Source: Callorhinchus milii (taxonomy: Eukaryota). From it: a stretch of 64,000 nt of DNA. The notes under the pieces are model-generated. The model searched no databases. It had not been told where the DNA came from and saw nothing but the letters and a program-made list of their open reading frames with translations. Positions 27,286 through 38,382 of this stretch are shown here, piece by piece. Position 1 is the stretch's first letter; each line of letters begins with the position of its first letter. Both the position numbers and the translations under genes were made by a program. The stretch is taken from positions 112,966,001-113,030,000 of the forward strand of contig NW_024704743.1 in NCBI RefSeq assembly GCF_018977255.1, in the 5' to 3' direction.

Positions 27286-29982
27286 CAAATCGGATCTGTT
27301 TCTTGCTCTGTTCAAGATGGTTCCACGCAGTAACATAAATGGTGAATTGAAGTGGAATGACTGAATCGGCTGAAGTAGCCGCTTGATGAAACCTTAGCAC
27401 ACTACTGCAGTTATGCCACCTACTGGATCTAAAAAATTAAAACACATTTCCCAACAATGTTCTCTTGTTAAGTGAGGTAGCCCGAGTTACATAACATTCA
27501 GGTTATACATACCACCGACCACCTTTAAGATTAGAATAATCCTGTGCTAATGTTGTATAAAATACAAAAACACACAACACTGATAGCTGTGTTTAACACA
27601 GAGTAGGAACACGCCAGGCAGTGGGAATAAGTAGTTGGGAAGCGAGTGCATTATGGAATGAATGGGTTGAAATTAGCTTCTGGAGGCAGCAACTTCCAAC
27701 AAGAATTGTCCAGTTTAGTCAGTCATTTGCAGAGAATAAAACAGCCTAAACAGCAAGAGAAGAGCCCAGAAAGCAGGAGGCTGGTTTGGCTGCAGACTGT
27801 CTGACAACCACATGGCTGGTTGGAGTAGTTTATCTGAACAGGCATTTATTTCAAGCAGTCAAAACACAACTGACTTTTTGGAAGAGTCCGCAAGGTTCCC
27901 CCCCGGCATTAAAACAAAATTCGACATTTGCTTCCCATCGAGCTGCGATGCAATACTTTTAGAGAGGCCAGAATTGATGTCCCTGCAAAGCCTGTAATGA
28001 TCAGAGATAGCGAGACAGACAGCCACCCACTTGGCTGTAACAAGATAAACTCTCAGAATGACTGCACTACACAAGGGGAGAGTGAAGGGTAGGAGTGAAC
28101 CGAATCAATGATGTGAACAGCTATTTCTCCCATCAGACCAGACATTATACAATTCCGAGTTGCTTTTTTTTAATTAAAAATAGTTTCAGTAGGAAAAAGA
28201 ACTGGGCACTATTATTTTAAACCATAGTTATGAGGTGATGACATGCTGCGTTGAAAGACATGGCTAGGTTTTAAGGTCAAGCGTTATGATATAAACAGAT
28301 TGGTTTCTTTCAGGTTATGATGTAATTTTACTTACTGTATGTCACTTTTTTTTCAAAAAGGGACTTCCCCCCCCACAAAAAAAAAGAACTCAAAGTCTAA
28401 CTCAATTAATTCACGTTTATAAGATCTTGATATCCAAGCAAGAAACACTGGAGATGAAGGGTTGGGTTTATTAAACCCATGGGCATTGAGTCAAGATAAT
28501 TAAGTGCATCTTAGCACTTTTATTGAAGTTACTCTCATTATAAAGCCTAAGTCTGACCGGAATAAGTTACAATCGCAATCTAGATTGTATGCATCATGTT
28601 GGTCTTGGCAGAATCCAAACAGATGTGATAGGATTTGTTTATCTTTTGAATGTAGTTAGATCAGGAATTCTCATCAGCATCAACCTCACTCAGCTCAATG
28701 CTGAGAAAAGGTCAGGTTTTCCCCATATTCCAGTTACTGAACAACAAATCATCAACTGGTGACTTTTTAAAAAAACTCCCCCCTTCCCCAGTTTTTTCCT
28801 ACTGAAACTTTTTTTAAAACAAAAAAAAGCACCTTGGAATTGTATAACATCTGTTCTCTGAACACCATGTTACTTACACACCAGAGAAATGGCTATTCAC
28901 ATCATTAATTGGGTTCACTCCTGCCAGTCTCCCTAAAAATACAGTCAATACATTTTACAGTATAGTCTGCTAAGCGCTTTGAGACGTCTCGAAGACACGA
29001 TAAGGCGCTATATCAAATGTGAGGATTATTATTATGCAGTCTAGTGGTTTACCTTGTTTCACAGAAATTTCCATTCTTATATACAGTATATATACACACA
29101 CACACACATACACACACAAAAATCTATAAAAGAAATTTGTCAACCTCACTAACATCAACAGTTCAGATCGCAGATAGAATTAAAATAAAATTCTCCAAAT
29201 GTCAAGAGGCTGTTATGTTAGTTCATTAACTTCGTACACTACACACCGACTTTGGTTCACCTACGAATGGGCGCTCACTATGCTTTACACTAAATCCTGC
29301 TAAGTGCTTCGAGATGTTCCGACGACGCGATAAGGGGCTACACATAAAACAAGTATGTAATAAGTACTACGATTGCTTTTATATTTTCAAGTTAACACGT
29401 TAATTAATTAATGCACATTAGGAAGGTATACTTGGGGAGTCTTAAAATGTGCTTGGGATCTTTTTGCGTCGCCTCCTCTCCTTCTGGTGTTTAACAGCAC
29501 AGCCGAAGAGAGCATTTCATTTCATTCATTTCCCAGCATTTCATTCATCACCGACTTTAACGCATTCCTTTTTTTTCCCCCCAGTCAGTCCAAAAAAAAA
29601 ACAACCAACAACCCTGCAAAACTGTGCAAAACGCCACTCATGACCATGCAGGCAGAGTGCACAAAAAAACATCATTAAAGTAAGATCGCTGGTTTATATA
29701 AGCGGATTTTTTTTTTTTGGGGGGGGGGGTGTTACAGGCACCTATTTTAATGTTATCATTACATTGCCCAACAGTTTCACCAACGAGTTGAGGAAAAGGG
29801 GGGGGGGGGGGGGGGTCAAAATGCATCCTTAGCATTTCCCAAGCTTTTTGGTGAGCATGAGAAACTATTCCACATAATAGTGCACACCCCCTTTGCAACT
29901 TCCACGACGCCTGTGCATTTGCCATTTAATTGAAACGAAAGGTCTTTGGCAAAACATAGCCCATTGCACACACCTACACACA

Positions 29983-30090
29983 CACAACACCACACACTCA
30001 CACAACACCACACACTCACACAACACCACACACTCACACAACACCACACACTCACACAACACCACACACTCACACAACACCACACACTCA
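29983..30090 (+). repeat. Tandem repeat (CACAACACCACACACTCA)x6
   Basis: Six perfect 18-mers. Confidence 0.95.
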
Positions 30091-30908
30091 CACACAGCCA
30101 CGGTTCGTAAAGGGATTGCGCCGACAGAGCCGTGGAAACGAGGTCAGGTTAATCATTAATGATACGAGGAACGTCGATTTGAGCCCCGTCGCGTCCACGG
30201 ACGATTTCTGCACCCTCTCTCTCTTGCAAAAAGAGAAAGAGAGAGAAAAAGAGAGAGAAAACAGTCCAAGGTACCAAAACACCTCCAGCATCTGAGACTG
30301 GACTCTGGCGGTGCGTTACTGCTGTGGGGTTTGCAGTTAACCCTGCACTGGCCCCTCTCTGCAGTGACTATCCATGGGTTGAGAGTACAGAGAGGGACAT
30401 GCACTGAAGTGCTCAAATGTACAAAGCAAATCACAGCCCCAAAGACTTATTCATTCCACCGCCTTCGTTACGATTGGTTCGCCCCTCTCTCTCTCTCTCT
30501 CTCTCCTCTCTCCCTCCTTCACACATGCACCTGATCCCGAATAGTGTCCCCCCCCCCCAGCACAGCACCTACACTTACATGCCACAGCCCACACCTCTCA
30601 GCCTGTGGCAAACACAATTATATTATTTTCTTTTTAACGTGAAATAATTCTAGTTTTCACCACACCCCCCACCCCCCAGTCCCCACTCCTCCACTCCACT
30701 CTCTGGGGCTGGTGGTCGCACTTCGATCATTTCAAGTAACAAAACACCAGTCACAAACACATTTTTTTCCGCAAAAAAACACTCACACTTTGATGATTGC
30801 AAGTTTCGTTTTTTTAAAAAAAAATCCTCAAAGGACTTTTTTTTTGTGTGTGTGTGTTTGACAGGACTTTACGAAATCAACTGTACAACACATTATATAT
30901 ATATATAT

Positions 30909-31154
30909 ATAAATGAAACACACACATATGTATAAATGAAACACACACATATGTATAAATGAAACACACACATATGTATAAATGAAACACACACATATGT
31001 ATAAATGAAACACACACATATGTATAAATGAAACACACACATATGTATAAATGAAACACAGTCACACACATATATAAATGAAACACAGTCACACACATAT
31101 ATAAATGAAACACAGTCACACACATATATAAATGAAACACACTCACACACATAT
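30909..31154 (+). repeat. Tandem repeat: 23-mer ATAAATGAAACACACACATATGT x6, then a 27-mer variant x4
   Basis: Counted directly; ends 80 nt from the RDH10 exon 1 donor, inside intron 1. Confidence 0.95.
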
Positions 31155-31234
31155 ATATGTGTATAAAACACACACTCACACACACACTGGAGTCACTCTC
31201 GGGGGGGGGGGTTAGGGTGTGTGGAAAAACTCAC

Positions 31235-31684
31235 CCAAAAGTGAGCGTGACAGTTGACCATCATGGTCCTCTCGATGAGCTCGTCCGGACACTCCAGCAG
31301 GTGATGGCCGGACACGACACCTGCGTTGTTGACCAGCACGGCCACCCCTCCCGCCTCCCTCCTCACCAGCTCGGCCGTGCGGTACACGCAGTCCCGTTTG
31401 CTCACGTCGCAAGTGTAAGTGTACACTCGAGCGCCCAACTGCCGCACCTTCTCGGCCGTCTCCTCGTTGCTCTGCTGGTTGATGTCCCACAGCACCAGGG
31501 TGGCTTTCTTCTGGGCGAACTCCAGGGCGAAGAGCCTGCCCAGCCCGCCGCCGGCGCCCGTGATCAGGCACACCTGATCGCACACGCTCTTCTCCCGGGG
31601 CTTGATGAACCATCTGGCCGCGGACTGCACGAAAGCCCACAGCACCCGGAAAGTCACGACGAAGAACTCCACCAGGATATGCAT
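31235..31684 (-). CDS. RDH10: Retinol dehydrogenase 10, coding exon 1 (450 nt, 150 codons)
   Basis: [19 protein letters not shown]...[19 protein letters not shown]...[35 protein letters not shown]|gtgag. Has an N-terminal hydrophobic anchor, the TGxxxGxG Rossmann motif and NNAG. Lies inside track ORF 31193..32152. Confidence 0.97.
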
Positions 31685-32572
31685 AGCCGAGAGGGCGAAC
31701 CCAACAACACCACCACCACTACCACACACACACACACAAATATATATATACACACACAAACACACACACACACACAGAGAGAGAGAGCGAGAGATATAAA
31801 TAGCAAATGCCTTTTGTCTGGAAGAGGTGAGAGGATGTTTTGGTTGGTTGTGAGGTGCACAGCCCCGGTTACGTTTGGGGGGGGGGTTTTTTCGCGCGTG
31901 TGAGAGTGTGTGTGGGGAGGGGCTTGTGTTGTGCCTGTGTAGTGACTGTGTTTCCTTGTGTGGTGGTGACTGTGCTGTGCCTGTGTAGTGACTGTGTTTC
32001 CTTGTGTGGTGGTGACTGTGTGGTGGTGACTGTGTGGTGGTGGTGGTGATGGTGGTGGTGCAGCCGCCTCCCCGCACACACTGAACATGTTCAGCTCCGG
32101 CTCTGCCTTTAAATACGCCACAGCTCACCCGCCCGCCCGCCCGCCCGCTCACTCACTCAGGACCCACGCACAGGCGGCCGCCCAGCTGACTGACTGCATT
32201 TACAATCACCGACGCGAAACGTCAATGCGTTTACCATTTCGACCGCCGACGCGAGCGTCACGTATTTACATCGCTTATATGCCGCCGATGTCGAGCGTCC
32301 CGGGACGCGCGTGTACTATTCACATCACGAAAGTGAGCGTGTCCGCGGCTTGGCCTGTCGGCCCCGCCGTACCTCCCTCCCCTCTTTTATCCCCCGCCGT
32401 CACCGAAAAGCCAAGCCCTCGCCGCTCCGCTCCTGGTCGAGGAGGCGTTTTAACCGGTTTTTTTTAAAAAGAGAAGATTTCATCGTGTTTTTCAGGGAAT
32501 CGGGCGGTCAGCTTCCGGGGTTGGGGGCCTTGAAGGAGGCCCCCCCCCCCCACCTCTCGCGCAGGCGCAGTG

Positions 32573-32596
32573 CTCTGTCTTTCCCTTTCCCCTCTC
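32573..32596 (+). promoter_or_regulatory. RPL7: Polypyrimidine TCT initiator / 5'TOP tract of RPL7
   Basis: ctctgtctttccctttcccctctc lies just upstream of GCCACCATGG, the typical layout of vertebrate ribosomal protein genes. Confidence 0.8.
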
Positions 32597-32606
32597 GGTG
32601 GCCACC

Positions 32607-32620
32607 ATGGCGGACGACAA
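32607..32620 (+). CDS. RPL7: 60S ribosomal protein L7 (uL30), coding exon 1
   Basis: Perfect Kozak GCCACCATGG; ATG GCG GAC GAC AA|gtgagt (14 nt, phase 2). Confidence 0.9.
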
Positions 32621-33218
32621 GTGAGTTTGGGGGGTCGAGCCCGCGTTGCCATCCGCCGCCATCCGCCGCCTCGGTGTCGGTATCGCAGGCCTGTGGCCCC
32701 GGGGATCGCGAGCACACCCTCTGCCGCGTTCAACCCGCCCCTCATTTGTCGCGGCGGACGTCTTGATTCCAGTCGTGGCGGGACACCGTGTCGCACTGCT
32801 GGTGTCCTGCCTCCGGGACCGGTTGGCCTAACGGGGCCTAACGCTGTGCTGTGCTGTGGGGCCCCTGTGACTTTGTGCAGCAGGGAGTTGTCGAGCTCAG
32901 ATCCCGGGATAAAGTTGTGGGGTGGGGTGGGGGGGGTTTAATTTGCCTTTTTTTTTGCTGCTGCTTTGTTCTGAAACCCGAGTGTCTTATCTGTTCGCGG
33001 TCTGTACCCAACGGCCGTGGCCCAGTTAGTGTCGGTGGTTGGCACCGGGGTTTATGGAAGAAAAAGATGTACTTGACTGTTGGGAGAGTTTGGCCCCGAA
33101 GATCACTTGCAGCGCAGGCGAAGTGTCCGGGCGAGTGTTAAGTTGGTGTTGTGTGTGGGGCGGCGTGAAATAATTCCTTCCGTTTTATTCTTCTCTTCCC
33201 GCCCAACCCACAACGCAG

Positions 33219-33324
33219 GACGCAGAAGAAGGTGCCATCTGTCCCCGAAAGCCTTTTGAAAAGGCGCAAGGCGTTTGCGCTGATGAAGGCCAAGCGCATC
33301 AAGCGTTTGTTGGCCGCAAAGAAG
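33219..33324 (+). CDS. RPL7: RPL7 exon 2
   Basis: cgcag|G ACG CAG AAG... = (K)TQKKVPSVPESLLKRRKAFALMKAKRIKRLLAAKK|gtgtgt. Confidence 0.93.
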
Positions 33325-33653
33325 GTGTGTGCAACGTGAATGGGTCCTGAAAGACTGACCGTTTTCGGATAGCGATATCATAGTAGCATTTTGTCAAATG
33401 TGTGTGATCGGTAAGGTAGATTGTACTAAATTGTGAGATGTGCAAAAAAAAGTAATGTAAGTGAAATACCGTTGGCTCAGTGACAGCTCACAGTAATGCT
33501 TTTTGTAAGTCAAACACGGTGAAGGAGAGGTGATTCGGTTTCCTTAGCGATTTCAACACATTGTAATTATCTGGTGTACTGCAGCACACTTTAGTACAGT
33601 GAAATTGTGAATGGAAACAGTTTTCATTTGGTCATGCAGTAAAGTTCCTGAGT

Positions 33654-33734
33654 GAAGGTGCCATCTGTACCTGAAAGGCTATTGAGAAGGTGCAAGATCT
33701 TTATCCTCATGAAGGCCATGCGTGTCAAGAGTTT
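33654..33734 (+). pseudogene. Degenerate intronic duplicate of RPL7 exon 2
   Basis: Aligns without gaps to 33228-33308, with 64/81 identical by hand count. Confidence 0.85.
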
Positions 33735-34758
33735 ATCCTTCAGATGAGTTGTCAAACCAAGGTCCCATCTGCCTGTTCATGCGGGCATTAAATATGCCCA
33801 CTATTTGAACAGCACTTTCAAATTAACACTATTTGAAAAGAGACGTGAATTTCTCCTGTTGTTCTGGCCAACAAGCTGGTAGATTTTTTTTTAAAAATGG
33901 CCACTCGCTTCATGCTGTTTGCAGGACATTGCTGTGCACAAATTTGGGTTTTTTACGTGCAAGTTTGACCATATTACCCTCCCAGAGTATTGCACTAGCG
34001 TGGACTCAATGTCCTGATCTGGGACTTGGAACTCACAACCTCTGACACAGAGGTCAGTTAAGTTTTGCATTGAGTCCTAAATTAAATAACTTTTATACAA
34101 GTATTAAAATATATATCAAAATTATTTTGAAAATGTCATGGAACCCTGTTACATGACTGGTGCTTTGTGAACCTACTAGCTTCCAAGCTGTGCATATGCA
34201 GAAATGATAAACCTGCCTGTGCCCCACTCTCCCAAAACTGGCCTGGAAACCTCTCTGACACCTTCCCCCCATCTCCCCCTCAGCTCGGGCTCCAATTAGA
34301 CTTTGGAAAGTGCGACATCCTTCTATGTAAAGAGCATTGTATATAGTGAAGCCTATCACAATGTATTTTACTATAACAAAATTGCATTTATAAATATGGA
34401 TGCACTGTGGACACTGTTCAATACACAAGTGCACAGACAGCCCATGCAGTGCCAGTTTTACAAGGTAAAATGGCCATCTTCCATGTCAGTAGATTGACTC
34501 TGATGACACTTACTGGTTTGAAATGATGTTGTAAGGGACACAATGACCGATTCGTCTGCCGTTTTTAGCTTCCTGCGCTTAAAAAAGGGCATTGGCACTT
34601 TTGAACATACGCAGAAAACAAGGCAATAGCATTAGCAGTGACCCAATTAACTGGCAGTGGGTAATATTTTTTCTTTTAGCATGGGAACTTTCTGTGCCAT
34701 GTGCTGTGGTTACCAGTTATGGTACAGTGCGAAAGTGCTGACAGCCAATTGCGCGTTG

Positions 34759-35068
34759 TGGAGTCCTGTAGCTCAGTGGTTAGAGCACTCACCTTGCAAG
34801 CGAGACACCTGGGTTCAATTCCAGGCAGGGCGAAACTTTGGGCAAGTTTCCTTACTCCGCACGCCTAATAATAATCCCTCCAAAACAGAACAGTAATAAA
34901 TTGGTCATCTTCAATCCACAACTGTTTGTGGGACATGGCTGTGTGCAATTGGCTGCTGCGTTTCGCCCACAAATATATAGTCAATTCACTTTACAGCATA
35001 TTCTGTGAAGCGCTTTGAGACGTCTAGAAGACGTGAAAAGCATTATATCAAATGCAAGGATTATTATT
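34759..35068 (+). mobile_element. SINE family A in RPL7 intron 2
   Basis: GGAGTCCTGTAGCTCAGTGGTTAGAGC head through to ATGCAAGGATTATTATT tail. Confidence 0.9.
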
Positions 35069-35136
35069 GTAATGTTGGTAGGGATTTTATGGTTTCAAAT
35101 GATCATGTTATAACTGCTCTACTTTGGCACTTCTAG

Positions 35137-35303
35137 TTAAACAGAGAGAAGAGAAAACTTATCTACAAGAGGGCTGAAAGTTACCACAAGGAGTACACAC
35201 AAATGTACAAGCGTGAGATCCGTTTTTCCAGAATGGCTCGCAAAGTTAACAACTTCTATGTCCCCGCTGAACCCAGACTGGCTTTTGTGATCCGGATTAG
35301 GGG
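35137..35303 (+). CDS. RPL7: RPL7 exon 3
   Basis: tctag|[55 protein letters not shown](G)|gtaagg; 167 nt. Confidence 0.96.
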
Positions 35304-35309
35304 GTAAGG

Positions 35310-35830
35310 CTTTTGTTTCGGTCAGCTAGGCGTCTTTAACACATGCAGGAAATCATCACTGCTTAGGAGTATCCAAACCAGACTGAGTTCTACGCGTGTT
35401 TGCCATTTACACTTGGAATTTTTTCTGGGTCTGAAATGGAATGTGCACTCACCCTGGAAGGATGCACTCTACTTACTTAATTTTGGTCAGAATTGAGTGC
35501 CAATTGGAGAGAACCAAGGCTTGGTGACCCAGAATGTGCATTGGGATGCTGCTGGAGTTCAACCAGCAAAATCGTAAAGCTTGTCACTGAGAGAGCCCTG
35601 TCTGCTGAGCTTCCCACTTTTGTTCAGCTAGTGCTCCCCTACGTGTTAGATCTTTGGCTGATAGAATTAATGGGAGCCAAGTAGGAAGAATCCCTCTACC
35701 CACTGATCTACCTCTCTTAGTCCTATAGATGTCCACAGTTGGTTGCTCCGTCATCAGCAGTGCTCCAGAGTTAGGGTTGATTTGTTTTCAACATTTTTGT
35801 TGTCAAGCTTGCCACCTTAAACCCAGTTCA
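35310..35830 (-). repeat. Unclassified A-tailed interspersed repeat, copy 3 (RPL7 intron 3)
   Basis: Shares acacatgcag...tgcttaggagtatccaaaccagactgag and later blocks with copies 1 and 2. Confidence 0.65.
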
Positions 35831-36047
35831 GCATATCTTTGACGTCTTCCCTTTCCTCTCTCCACCCCCCACAAGCATATGCATTATGCACTGCAAATTA
35901 ATATTTGCTATGATTAATGACATACATTTAACCGACTTTTACTGAAAATGAGGATTAACTAGATTTTAAAGGCAATTTAAAGTGGAAACTATTCACTTGC
36001 TCTGTCTGAAACACTGTATTCTGATCATTTATTTTTTGTGACTTTAG

Positions 36048-36185
36048 CATCAACGGTGTCGGTCCTAAAGTTCGCAAGGTGCTTCAACTCCTAAGACTGC
36101 GTCAGATCTTCAACGGCGTGTTTGTCAAATTGAACAAGGCTTCCATCAACATGCTTCGAATTGCAGAGCCCTACATTGCATGGGG
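36048..36185 (+). CDS. RPL7: RPL7 exon 4
   Basis: tttag|(G)[45 protein letters not shown](G)|gtatgt; 138 nt. Confidence 0.97.
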
Positions 36186-36708
36186 GTATGTGATTATTGA
36201 ATATCATTTTTAAAAAATTATTATTTGGTGACGCTCATGCATAAATCTGAATACTTCAATCATGTGTTATAAGAATGTCATCTCTAACTAGATGTCCTTA
36301 AGACCTGATAGAATTCTTTAAATATTGCTTTGGTGTCTCAAATGTGGTTCATACTTCAGTTGATGCTTGAGATTGTTGCATGCTTTTGATTTTGGTTTCT
36401 TACTATTGAAGACATGTAACCATTGTATAAATAACCTACCTGCATTTTGATAAATAAATGCAATTCACTAATACAAACGTGACATTATTTCTGGATGTCA
36501 CGAGTGCAAGCTTATCTTATTTATAATTGGAGATTGGTGTATTTTCACCGGTTCTGGATCAGGCAGTTTTAGTATTGGCAGTTGGGCAGTATAACTGGGG
36601 AAATTGGGAAAGGGTCTGGATTGGTAGTTAGCCAGGAGGAAAAAAGTTTTTTTAAAAAAAACTATTCTGGAACTTTTTTTAATATAATATTGTTCTTTAA
36701 TTACTTAG

Positions 36709-36818
36709 GTATCCAAATCTGAAGTCTACACGTGAATTGATCTACAAACGTGGTTTTGGCAAGATCAAGCATCAGCGCATTGCTTTGACTGACAACGCCC
36801 TGATCGAGAAGCAGCTCA
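36709..36818 (+). CDS. RPL7: RPL7 exon 5
   Basis: cttag|(G)[36 protein letters not shown](K)|gtaagt; 110 nt. Confidence 0.97.
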
Positions 36819-37922
36819 GTAAGTTTATTTTTACTGTTTAGTGGTTGTCGTTCATGTAAGATTAATTAGGACGTCTGGCCATATAAGAAGATAGACATTG
36901 TGCTTAAGATCCTGGTTCTGAATCTATTATTTTTTTCAGTCTTTTCACCTTATTACACCAGCCTTGGGAATTTGGAAGTGGATTTCTATACAGTGTATGA
37001 GTTTGACAGTCCTACCACGAGCTGTGAATCATCTCATTCTGTTTCTTTCCCTCACCCCCTTAGTGCTATACTTGGAATACACATATATGAAAGCTGGCGG
37101 GTGGGGGGGAGTCATATTAGGAAAATTTACCTTTTCTGTTTTTTGCAATTTGGGAAACAGTAGCTTGGAAATATTTCCTTGGAGAATAGAATACTTGCTT
37201 AAATAACTGCTGACTTGGGATTATTGTATAGTTCTTGACTGTTAGCATTCTGAATGCAGCAGAGAACTTGTATTTTTTTAATTTAAGCACTTTATAATAA
37301 ATTTGTGATTCAGAATCTCTCACCCCTCCCCCCGGTAACCCTGGATCGATGTTGGGGCATTGGGCAGCAGGTGAACCATTATAGAACAATAAATTAATTT
37401 CCGAAAAGTCTAAAAAGTTAGATAATGGGGAAAATCATCATTTGGATTTTAAAGTTAAATTTCCTGGTAGTTAAAATTAATGAATAATTATTGGTAACTA
37501 CGTGTTAGAAATACTTTCACAACTTCTATTTTAAGAAATGAATAATCTTTGCTGGTAAGTTTGTACATGCCAGAGTAGAAAATCATTAAACTGATGAATA
37601 GATCAAATGTGCAAAAAAGATTGAAAAAACTGTACTGTTTGCATGAGTCAATTATATACTTAACAGTCGATAGGGGTGATGATTGAAGGTACTCAAAATT
37701 TAACTTCCCCCTTTGCCATTAGAGGTTATTTTAAAAAAAACACAATACTGATTTTCTAATCATAATTGTGAAGCCTCTTTTCCAGTGACCAAGAATGTTT
37801 GCTGCTTAAATGTTATACAAGTAATAAATGCAACAGTTTACACCTTTGCTAAGTCTGTAAACTGCATTGACTTTTTGGTTCCATTGACAAATGTGAATTG
37901 CAAATTGTTGTAAATATTACAG

Positions 37923-38131
37923 AGAAGTACGGCATCATCTGCGTTGAGGATCTGATCCATGAGATCTACACAGTCGGCAAGAACTTCAAGGCAGCAAACA
38001 ACTTCTTGTGGCCCTTCAAATTGTCCTCCCCACGTGGTGGCATGAACAAGAAGACTACACACTTTGTTGAGGGTGGTGATGCTGGTAATAGGGAAGACCA
38101 GATCAACAGAATGATCAGGAAAATGAACTAA
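37923..38131 (+). CDS. RPL7: RPL7 exon 6, last coding exon (exon extends to the donor after 38133)
   Basis: tacag|(K)[68 protein letters not shown], then AA|gtaagt. Summed CDS is 744 nt = 247 aa plus stop. Confidence 0.97.
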
Positions 38132-38382
38132 AAGTAAGTGATATTCTTAAGTATCGTTAAGATACTTAAAATTCCTTCATTTGGAATGACCAACTCCTTA
38201 CACCATGTATCCCTACATATTTAAACATCCGTGTATCAAGACTGAGGTAGATAGATATTTGTTAGGTAAGGGTATCAAGGAATATGGGACAAGGGTGGGT
38301 AATTGGAGTTTAGGTTACAGATCAGCCATAATCTTATAGAATGGTGGAACAGACTCGAGGGGATGAATGGTCTACTCCTGTA

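Larger units (their letters stand above)
31190..33400. promoter_or_regulatory. CpG island / bidirectional promoter of RDH10 and RPL7
   Basis: Strongly CpG-rich compared with the AT-rich flanks; start codons diverge at 31684 (-) and 32607 (+). Motifs seen: TATTTAAA on minus (32108-32115), ETS-like GCTTCCGG (~32511) and NRF1-like GCGCAGGCGCA (~32559). Confidence 0.85.

Noticed and set aside
30909..31154. CRISPR-like regular repeats (also 29983-30090)
   Set aside because: Head-to-tail tandem units without unique spacers, in a vertebrate intron with no cas genes.
2864..31234. Canonical DR5/DR2 retinoic-acid response element in RDH10 intron 1
   Set aside because: I found only isolated RGKTCA half-sites by eye. 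A systematic scan is needed, so absence is not established.
31685..32152. The 319-aa track ORF as the true RDH10 N-terminus
   Set aside because: It starts at GTG, the upstream part is simple-repeat translation, homology begins at MHILVEFF, and the last residues read into the intron.
34759..34835. tRNA-Ala-like gene (and similar heads at 645-717, 11755-11827, 48834-48905)
   Set aside because: These are SINE heads continuing into SINE body and tail, with no proper acceptor stem.
37676..37751. Possible box C/D snoRNA in RPL7 intron 5 (GTGATGA...CTGA, 76 nt)
   Set aside because: The terminal stem is mostly G-U, the would-be guide is an A-run with no evident rRNA complement, and it lies 171 nt from the acceptor. 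An Infernal or snoscan hit would be needed.
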